Of a stretch of 64,000 bases of DNA, positions 52,797 to 60,807 are shown piece by piece. The notes under the pieces are model-generated. The model did no database searches. It saw only the letters and a list, made by a program, of their open reading frames with translations, and was not told where the DNA came from. The DNA lies in NCBI GenBank assembly GCA_963767005.1, contig CAVYCN010000002.1, positions 448,001 to 512,000 on the forward strand, written 5' to 3'. The position numbers and the translations under genes were made by a program. The DNA is from an uncultured Actinomycetes bacterium (GTDB taxonomy: Bacteria > Actinomycetota > Thermoleophilia > UBA2241). Each line of letters begins with the position of its first letter. The stretch's first letter is position 1.

Positions 52797-53207
52797 TCAG
52801 GGCACAGTGAAATCGTTGCCGCTGGACGTGTGACCGATCAGCCGGAACGTGCTGCTCGTGGGCAGCGAGTAGGTGTAGTCGCCCTTGTTCGAGCTGGAGG
52901 CCATGTACACCGTGGTCCAGGGGTTCTTCGGCCAGTTGTCGACGTACGGGTTGCCGCCGGAGTCCTTCAGGTTGCCCTGTGACACCGTCGTCGCGCCCGG
53001 GTATGCGTCGTTGTTGTCGACAGCGTAGCTCTGGATGCCGACCTGGATGCTGTGGATGCCCTCCTTGACCGCGGCGTCCTTGGCCTTGTTCCGCTGACTC
53101 AGGAACATCGGGATAGCGATGGCGGCCAGGATACCGATGATGATGATGACGATCAGGAGCTCGATGAGCGTGAAACCCGACTCGTCCGCAGTTCTGCCCC
53201 CGTGCAT
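52797..53207 (-). CDS. pilA: Type IVa pilin, paralog 2 (near-identical to paralog 1)
   Basis: MHGGRTADESG|FTLIELL; SD AAAGGAG. Confidence 0.88.
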   Translation of the reverse strand: MHGGRTADESGFTLIELLIVIIIIGILAAIAIPMFLSQRNKAKDAAVKEGIHSIQVGIQSYAVDNNDAYPGATTVSQGNLKDSGGNPYVDNWPKNPWTTVYMASSSNKGDYTYSLPTSSTFRLIGHTSSGNDFTVP

Positions 53208-53314
53208 TGCTGCTCCTTTGCGTGCTGGTCCCCGTTCGCCCGTCGTGTGCACTCTCACGGGGCGACCCCGACACGTGGTGCGGGCGTGCCACGTCCCCTG
53301 CTCGCCCGAGACGC

Positions 53315-53351
53315 GCGACGGGGGCCGCTCCGTCGGAGCAGCCCCCGTCGC
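53315..53351 (-). terminator. Hairpin between pilin 1 and pilin 2
   Basis: Long stem GCGACGGGGGC-c-GCTCC / GGAGC-a-GCCCCCGTCGC. Confidence 0.7.
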
Positions 53352-53372
53352 AAGCTGCTGATCAACTCACGA

Positions 53373-53780
53373 TCAAGGGACCGTGAAGTCGATGCCGCTG
53401 GACGTGTGACCGATCAGCTGGAACGTGGTGCTCGTGGGCAGAGAGTAGGTGTAGTCGCCCTTGTTCGAGCTGGAGGCCATGTACACGTTGGTCCACGGGT
53501 TCTTCGGCCAGTTGTCGACGTACGGGTTGCCGCCGGAGTCCTTCAGGTTGCCCTGTGACACCGTCGTCGCGCCCGGGTACGTGTCGTTGTTGTCGACAGC
53601 GTAGCTCTGGATGCCGACCTGGATGCTGTGGATGCCCTCCTTGACCGCGGCGTCCTTGGCCTTGTTCCGCTGACTCAGGAACATCGGGATAGCGATGGCG
53701 GCCAGGATACCGATGATGATGATAACGATCAGGAGCTCGATGAGCGTGAAACCGCTTTGACCCTTGCTGAAGCGCTTCAT
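53373..53780 (-). CDS. pilA: Type IVa major pilin, paralog 1
   Basis: MKRFSKGQSG|FTLIELL; perfect SD AAGGAGGTGA; downstream of the riboswitch. Confidence 0.92.
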   Translation of the reverse strand: MKRFSKGQSGFTLIELLIVIIIIGILAAIAIPMFLSQRNKAKDAAVKEGIHSIQVGIQSYAVDNNDTYPGATTVSQGNLKDSGGNPYVDNWPKNPWTNVYMASSSNKGDYTYSLPTSTTFQLIGHTSSGIDFTVP

Positions 53781-53904
53781 GTGCTTGTCACCTCCTTCCC
53801 AACCGTCTTGGAACGTCATTGCACACTCTGTTGTCGAGGGCCACGAATGAAGACCCGCAGCGCCTCTTCCGGCTAGCCACGGGTCCGTCAGTGTCGTGCT
53901 CGCT

Positions 53905-53986
53905 GCGGCGGCAACCCAGCCGACTCGCTGACATGAGTCCTGTGGCTTTGCGCCCCGCCCTCGCGGACGGTTTGCCTTTATCGCCT
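53905..53986 (-). ncRNA. c-di-GMP-I (GEMM) riboswitch aptamer
   Basis: GGCGAUAAAGGCAAACCGUCCGCGAGGGCGGGGCGCAAAGCCACAGGACUC...GAGUCGGCUGGGUUGCCGCC matches the GGCAAACC / GNRA loop / GCAAAGCC / GGUUGCC pattern. Confidence 0.9.
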
Positions 53987-54060
53987 TCGAACTCAGACTG
54001 CCCAACCGCAGAGAGCCTAGACACTTTTCTTTCGGACCCCGGCTCTCCGACTCGCCATGG

Positions 54061-54088
54061 GTATCGGCCGGCGCGCCCTATCCCTTTA
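54061..54088 (-). promoter_or_regulatory. sigma28/WhiG-type promoter for riboswitch-pilin 1
   Basis: TAAA-N16-GCCGATAC. Confidence 0.82.
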
Positions 54089-54108
54089 GTGCGCGGCTCG
54101 TTCGTGGC

Positions 54109-54846
54109 TCAGAACACACGCCGCGTCATGACCTGCTTCAGGCGAGCGAGCGCTTTGATCGACTCGCGCGACACCTTCTTCTGGGTAAGCCCGAGGGCCG
54201 CGGCTACCTCGTGCTGGGTGAACTCACGGAAGAAGAGCAGATAGATCAGCTTGCGCTGGAAGGTCGTGAGACGGTCGAGCGCCTCGTAGAGCGTGATGCG
54301 GTCCTCGATCGGCAACGCGAACGAGCTCAGGTGCAGCGAGTGCACCTCGGTGGGGTCGGCCACCGGACCGTCACCGTCGCCGTAGGCGCCGGGCAGGCCC
54401 TGCAGGTCGATACGCGCGTAGACGGTGAGCACCTCGAGGATGCCGGCCTCGCTGATGTTGAGCTCGGCCGCGATCTCGCCGAGCTGCGGCGCCCGGCCGA
54501 GCCGGTGCGTGAGCGTGCGGACGGCGTCCTCGATGTCGTGGTAGACCCTCCTGACCCAGCGCGGCTGCCGCAGCAGCAGCGAGTCGCGCAGGTGGTGGCG
54601 CACTTCGCCCTCGACTAGCGGCACGGCGTACGTCGAAAACCGCACGCCCTTCGATGGGTCGAACCGCTGCGCGGCCTTGATCAGGCCCAGGTTGGCGACC
54701 TGCAGCAGGTCCTCGTACGGCTCGTCGGCCGACGCGAAGCGCTTCAGGACGTGATGCAGCAGCCGCTGATTGTCGCGGACGATCTGGTCGAGGCTCGCCG
54801 GCGAGCGGGTGGCCGCGTACTCGGCTACCAGCTGCTCGTTGTCCAC
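54109..54846 (-). CDS. Group 3 (SigB/SigF-like) RNA polymerase sigma factor embedded in the pil locus
   Basis: EPYEDLLQVANLGLIKAAQRFDP..G..FSTYAVP; region 3 and region 4 HTH. Confidence 0.88.
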   Translation of the reverse strand: MDNEQLVAEYAATRSPASLDQIVRDNQRLLHHVLKRFASADEPYEDLLQVANLGLIKAAQRFDPSKGVRFSTYAVPLVEGEVRHHLRDSLLLRQPRWVRRVYHDIEDAVRTLTHRLGRAPQLGEIAAELNISEAGILEVLTVYARIDLQGLPGAYGDGDGPVADPTEVHSLHLSSFALPIEDRITLYEALDRLTTFQRKLIYLLFFREFTQHEVAAALGLTQKKVSRESIKALARLKQVMTRRVF

Positions 54847-54864
54847 GATGCCTCGACGACGGTG

Positions 54865-56088
54865 CTACTGCTTAATGATGTTCATCATGTCGAAGATCGG
54901 CAGGTACATCGAGATGACGACCAGGCCGACCATGGCGCCGACGCCGAGCATCATGATCGGCTCGATGATCGAGGTGAGCGACTTGACCGCCGCACTCACT
55001 TCGTCGTCGTAGAAGTCGGCGACCTTCTGCAGCATGCTGTCGAGAGAACCGGTCTCCTCGCCCACGGCGATCATCTGCACGACCATGTCGGGGAACACGT
55101 GCGCGTTGGTCAGCGGCTCGGAGATGGTCTGCCCCTCCTTGACGCTCACCGCGACGGCGTCCATGGCGTTCTCGATCACGACGTTGCCGGCCGACTTGCC
55201 GGTGATGTCGATCGCCTGGAGGATGGGCACGCCGGCAGACACGAGCGTGGCCAGGGTCCGCGAGAACCGGGCCACCACGATCTTGCGGATGACCTCGCCG
55301 ATGCCCATCGGGACGCGCAGCTTGAAGCGGTCCCACGCCGCGCGGCCCTTATCGGTGCGCTTGAGCTTGCGCAGCCCGACCACGATGCCGACGATCGCGA
55401 TCGCGATGATCACGCCGTGCCAGCTCTTGAGCTGGTTGGACAAGGCGACCATGATACGTGTGAGCATGGGCAGCTTCGCGTTGCCCATCGACTTGTAGAT
55501 GCCAGCGAACACCGGGATCAGGAACATGACCATGCCGACCAGTACGATGACCGCGAAGGAGCCGATCATGATCGGGTAGGTCATGGCCGACTTGACGGCG
55601 CGCTTGATGCTGTCGTCCTTCTCGAGCTGGGTCGCCAGGCGGTTGAGGACGTCGTCGAGGATACCGCCGATCTCGCCGGCCCGGACCATGTTGACGTACA
55701 GCGGCGAGAAGACCTTGGGGTGCTTCTCGAGCGCGTCGGACAGCGAGATGCCGGCTTCGACGTCGCCCCGCACCTCGCCGAGGATCCGGGCGAGTTTTGC
55801 GTTCTCGGTCTGCTGCTCGAGCACCGTCAGCGCCCGCAGCATGGCGAGCCCCGAGTTGATCATGGTCGCGAACTGGCGCGAGAACACGGTCAGGTCTTTG
55901 GCGCGAACGGTCTGCAGTCCCGCGAGGAGATCGACCTTGGCAAGGCTGGTCTTAGTCTCGTTGATGTCGACGACCGTGAGTCCCTTGTTGCGCAGGGTCG
56001 CGGCCACGGCCGCCTTGGTGTCGCCGTCGATCTGGCCCGATGCCGAACCACCCCTGGCGTCGAGAGCCTTGTAGCTGAACGTGGCCAT
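54865..56088 (-). CDS. pilC: Type IV pilus platform protein PilC
   Basis: Motifs FSRQFATMINSGL, AGEIGG, YP, VGEETG and IEP. Confidence 0.95.
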   Translation of the reverse strand: MATFSYKALDARGGSASGQIDGDTKAAVAATLRNKGLTVVDINETKTSLAKVDLLAGLQTVRAKDLTVFSRQFATMINSGLAMLRALTVLEQQTENAKLARILGEVRGDVEAGISLSDALEKHPKVFSPLYVNMVRAGEIGGILDDVLNRLATQLEKDDSIKRAVKSAMTYPIMIGSFAVIVLVGMVMFLIPVFAGIYKSMGNAKLPMLTRIMVALSNQLKSWHGVIIAIAIVGIVVGLRKLKRTDKGRAAWDRFKLRVPMGIGEVIRKIVVARFSRTLATLVSAGVPILQAIDITGKSAGNVVIENAMDAVAVSVKEGQTISEPLTNAHVFPDMVVQMIAVGEETGSLDSMLQKVADFYDDEVSAAVKSLTSIIEPIMMLGVGAMVGLVVISMYLPIFDMMNIIKQ

Positions 56089-56168
56089 CAGTCCTCCGTC
56101 ACGTAAGCCGACGCGCGGGACCCGGGCTCACAACCCGCCCCGGCGACCGTCGACACCTGTCGAGACTG

Positions 56169-56192
56169 TTCTCGTCACGCCGGGACAGAACT

Positions 56193-56195
<3 letters not shown>
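56169..56195 (-). promoter_or_regulatory. sigma28/WhiG-type promoter for pilC-sigma
   Basis: TAAA (which includes the pilT stop codon)-N15-GACGAGAA. Confidence 0.55.
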
Positions 56196-57272
<1,077 letters not shown>

Positions 57273-57298
57273 GATCCTCGTCCCCTCGTATCAGTTCG

Positions 57299-59446
57299 TC
57301 AGATGATGACCCGGGCGATCTCTTCGATCGACGTCATGCCGTGGAGCACCTTGTCGATGCCGTCCTCGCGCAGGTTCTTCATGCCTTCGGCCTGCGCCAC
57401 CCGGCTGATCTCATCGGCACTCTTGCGCTCGACCGTGAGCCGGCGGATGGCCTCGCTCACGACCATGACCTCGTAAATGCCGAGACGCCCCTTGTAGCCG
57501 GTGTTGTTGCACCGCGAGCAGCCTTTCGGGCGGTACAGCGTCACCTTGTCCATATCGAAGACCTCGGGCGGGAAGTCGTTTTTCTTGAGCATCTCCTCGG
57601 ACGGTTCGTAGGGCTCCTTGCACTCCTTGCAGAGACGACGCGCCAGGCGCTGGGCGAGAACGCAATCCACGGCCGACGAGGTGAGGAAAGGTTCGATGCC
57701 CATCTCGGTGAGGCGAGACAGCGCGCCCGGCGCGTCGTTGGTGTGGAGCGTGGAAAGCACGAGGTGGCCGGTGAGGGCCGACTCGACGGCGATGCTGGCC
57801 GTCTCGCGGTCGCGGATCTCGCCGACCATCACGATGTCGGGGTCGCATCGCAGGATGGAGCGCAGGGCCGCGGCGAAGGTCATACCGGCCTTCGTGTTGA
57901 CCTGCACCTGGTTGATGCCGCCGAGGCGGTACTCGACCGGGTCCTCGACGGTGATCACGTTCTTCTCGGGCGAGTTGATGATGTTCAGGGTGGCGTAGAG
58001 CGTGGTCGACTTGCCCGAGCCGGTCGGTCCAGTCACGAGGATGGCGCCGTAGGGACGCAGGAACGACCGCTGGAAGCGCTTGAGCGCCTTGGCCGAGAAG
58101 CCGAGGTCGGACAGATCGAGCATGACGTTCGTCTTGTCGAGCAGGCGCATGACGATCTTCTCGCCGTAGACCGTCGGCAGCGTGGCGACGCGCATGTCGA
58201 TCGGCTTGCCGCCCACCACGAGGCCGATGCGGCCGTCCTGCGGCACGCGACGCTCGGCGATGTCGAGGTCGGCCATGACCTTGAGGCGGCTGATCACTCC
58301 GTTCTGCATGCGCCGCGGCACCGACATCATCTCGTGCAGGACGCCGTCGAGGCGGAAGCGCACGAGGAGCTCCTTGGCCTGGGGCTCGAAGTGGATGTCG
58401 CTGGCACCGTCGTCGACCGACCGCGCGATCACGGAGTTCACGAGCTTGACGATCGGCGGCTCGTCGGTCGCGATCTCGCGGATGTCGGCAATCTCGTCGT
58501 CGCCCGCAAGCGCGTCGTCGTTTGCCTCGCTCACACGTTCGTCGAGACGATTGAGCTTGCTGATCGCCGCGAGGATGTCCTCTTCGCTGGCGATCGCCGG
58601 CACGATCGAGTAGCCAGTCATGATGCGCAGGTCGTCGGCGACGAGCACGTTCGCCGGGTCGACCATGGCGACCTGGAGGGTCGTGCCGTCGACGAAGTGC
58701 ACCGGGATCGCGCCGTAGCGCCGGCAGAGCCGCTCCGACAGCAGGCCGGCCGCCGACATGTCGAGCTGCACCTGCGTGAGGTCGAGGTACTCGATGCCGA
58801 ACTTTGTGGCGAGCGCCTTGGTCAGGTCGAGCTCGGACACGACCTTGTCCTCGAGCAGGAGCTGGCCGAGGCGCTTGTGGGTCTCCTTCTGGCGCGCGAG
58901 GCAGGCGTCGATCTGCTCCTCGGTGACGAGCTTCATGTCGACGAGGATCTCGCCGAGCCGCTTCTTGCTGGCCCGCAGGGGCACGGGTCCGCCGGTCGCG
59001 GCGGCCTCGTCGGCGGCCTGCAGTCGCTCGAGCACCGCGCCGACGCCGGCCGGACGGCCGTCGTCGGGGTCGGCTTCGGCCTCGTCGGCTACGACGCCCA
59101 CGCCGCCCTCAGCGGGTGGCTGCTCGTCGTCGTCGGGGATCTCGATCGGCTTCACGGTGGTCAGGATGTCGGCTTCGGCGAGGTCGTCGAGTGTGTCGAA
59201 GGTCTCCGCGTCGAAAGCGTCGGCGTCGAAGCTGTCGGCGTCGAGGTCCCCGTCGGGGAAGAAGATCTGTTCGCGATCGGTGCTCACGAAGCCGTCGTCG
59301 CCTCCGTCGCCGTTGTGATTGTGCCCACCCCACTCGCCGCCGTCGGCGGCGTCGGTGTCGTCCGGCACGACGAGATCGACATCGGGCAGGTCGTCGTCGT
59401 AGCCCGCCGAGCGACCAGCGACCCGACTCTTATCGTCGTGCGGCAC
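57299..59446 (-). CDS. pilB: Pilus assembly ATPase PilB with MshEN domain and acidic N-terminal extension
   Basis: RLGEILV/RLGQLLL repeats, ASDIHFEP, GPTGSGKSTT and tetracysteine motif. Confidence 0.95.
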   Translation of the reverse strand: MPHDDKSRVAGRSAGYDDDLPDVDLVVPDDTDAADGGEWGGHNHNGDGGDDGFVSTDREQIFFPDGDLDADSFDADAFDAETFDTLDDLAEADILTTVKPIEIPDDDEQPPAEGGVGVVADEAEADPDDGRPAGVGAVLERLQAADEAAATGGPVPLRASKKRLGEILVDMKLVTEEQIDACLARQKETHKRLGQLLLEDKVVSELDLTKALATKFGIEYLDLTQVQLDMSAAGLLSERLCRRYGAIPVHFVDGTTLQVAMVDPANVLVADDLRIMTGYSIVPAIASEEDILAAISKLNRLDERVSEANDDALAGDDEIADIREIATDEPPIVKLVNSVIARSVDDGASDIHFEPQAKELLVRFRLDGVLHEMMSVPRRMQNGVISRLKVMADLDIAERRVPQDGRIGLVVGGKPIDMRVATLPTVYGEKIVMRLLDKTNVMLDLSDLGFSAKALKRFQRSFLRPYGAILVTGPTGSGKSTTLYATLNIINSPEKNVITVEDPVEYRLGGINQVQVNTKAGMTFAAALRSILRCDPDIVMVGEIRDRETASIAVESALTGHLVLSTLHTNDAPGALSRLTEMGIEPFLTSSAVDCVLAQRLARRLCKECKEPYEPSEEMLKKNDFPPEVFDMDKVTLYRPKGCSRCNNTGYKGRLGIYEVMVVSEAIRRLTVERKSADEISRVAQAEGMKNLREDGIDKVLHGMTSIEEIARVII

Positions 59447-60284
59447 TCCGCATCACTTCCAGTGGCGCCGCCCGGCCCGTCCAGAGCTCGAACGCGAGCG
59501 CCGCCTGCCAGGCGAGCATGGCCGAGCCGTCGATGGCCCGGGCTCCCTCTGCCCGGGCGCGAGTGAGTGGCGTCGTCGGCCGCTGTCCGTAGACCACGTC
59601 GTACACGATGTGGTCACGCCTGATGTTATCGACCAAAACGCCGGGCACTTTAAGCGACTCGTCCATACCGAGCGGTGTCGCGTTCACCACGATGTCGGCG
59701 CCGCGGACGGCGCTGGCGTCGAGCGCGTCGAGCGCGACGACGGTGAAGCGCAGCCGCGGCGCGGCCGGCGCCAGCAGGCGGGCCAGCTCCTCTCCCTGCG
59801 CCGGGCGCCGCACGACCACCGTGCAGCGTGCGACCCCGAGGCGGGCGAGGCCGAGCACCGTCGCCCGCGCGGCCCCACCGGCGCCGAGGAGCAGCACGGA
59901 CGCGCCGGTGATGGCCTCCGGGACGACCTCGCGCAGCGCCGCGACGAAGCCGCCCACGTCGGTGTTGTGGCCGGCGAGTGCGCCGTCGTCGTCGACCACG
60001 ATGGTGTTCACGGCGGAGATGAGACGAGCGTCGTCGCTCACGGTGTCGAGGTACGGCAGCACCGCCGCCTTGTGTGGCATCGTGACGTTGACGCCGCGAA
60101 AGCCGAGCGCCGCGAGGCCGCCGACGGCGGCGCCCACGCGCGGCGGCGCGACCGGCATGGCCACGTAGACCATGTCCAGGCCCAGTCTCGTGAAGGCGGC
60201 GTTGTGCATCGCGGGTGACAGTGAGTGAGTCACCGGCCAGCCGATGATGCCGGTGAGGCGTGTGGTTCCCGAGATCGTCGTCAT
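59430..60284 (-). CDS. aroE: Shikimate dehydrogenase
   Basis: Motifs HSLSPAMHN, NVTMPHK, NTD, GAGGAARA and NATPLGM. Confidence 0.95.
   Translation of the reverse strand: MTTISGTTRLTGIIGWPVTHSLSPAMHNAAFTRLGLDMVYVAMPVAPPRVGAAVGGLAALGFRGVNVTMPHKAAVLPYLDTVSDDARLISAVNTIVVDDDGALAGHNTDVGGFVAALREVVPEAITGASVLLLGAGGAARATVLGLARLGVARCTVVVRRPAQGEELARLLAPAAPRLRFTVVALDALDASAVRGADIVVNATPLGMDESLKVPGVLVDNIRRDHIVYDVVYGQRPTTPLTRARAEGARAIDGSAMLAWQAALAFELWTGRAAPLEVMRSAARR
59626..59652 (-). promoter_or_regulatory. sigma28/WhiG-type promoter for pilB, inside aroE
   Basis: TAAA-N15-GTCGATAA, ~180 nt upstream of pilB. Confidence 0.65.
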
Positions 60285-60415
60285 CTGCGTCGCCCCCAGC
60301 GTGTCGTGGTCCGTCACGGGCCCGGCGCGGGACCGCCGGCGGTCAGTACGCTAGCTTGCACGCGGGGCCCCGACATTCCTGCCCGACGTCCGGCGCGCGG
60401 GGGCGGGCCGCGGCC

Positions 60416-60805
60416 TCAGGTCGTCTGCGTCGCCGCCAGGTAGTCCTCGAGGAGCGCGGCGGCGGCGCGCGCGTCGAGCGCCCCGGCGCCGCCGCGGCGC
60501 TGCGCGATGGTCGTGGTGAAACGTTCGTCGTACAAAACCACGGGCACCTCGAGCCGGGACGCGAGCAGCGCGACGAAGGAGCGCACCTCGCGCGCCTGTC
60601 TGTGCTCGTGCCCGTCGAGCGACACCGGCAGACCGACCACCACCCGGGCGATGCCGTGGTCGCGCACCAGAGCCTCGATCTCGGCGAGGCCGGCGCCGGC
60701 GCGGGCTCGCGCCACGACGGTCAGCGGGCGGGCGAGCGTGCCGGTCTCGTCGGACACGGCCACACCGGTGCGCGCGACCCCGTAGTCGAGCGCCAGCAGC
60801 CGCAT
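60416..60805 (-). CDS. ruvX: YqgF/RuvX pre-16S rRNA nuclease
   Basis: Motifs LALDYGVARTGVAVSD, VVGLP and DERFTT. Confidence 0.93.
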   Translation of the reverse strand: MRLLALDYGVARTGVAVSDETGTLARPLTVVARARAGAGLAEIEALVRDHGIARVVVGLPVSLDGHEHRQAREVRSFVALLASRLEVPVVLYDERFTTTIAQRRGGAGALDARAAAALLEDYLAATQTT

Positions 60806-60807
60806 CC

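Larger units (their letters stand above)
52797..53753. repeat. 381-bp direct repeat (52797-53177 and 53373-53753)
   Basis: Offset 576 bp; 14 mismatches by manual alignment (~96% identity). Confidence 0.92.

Noticed and set aside
53905-53986. 3',3'-cGAMP-sensing GEMM-Ib variant (the GCGA loop resembles Geobacter examples)
   Set aside because: The discriminating position equivalent to Vc2 nt 20 is G, not A.
54109-54846. Calling the embedded sigma WhiG/FliA
   Set aside because: It lacks the RIRGA..DELR..DWVPRS pattern; region 2 is SigB/F-like.
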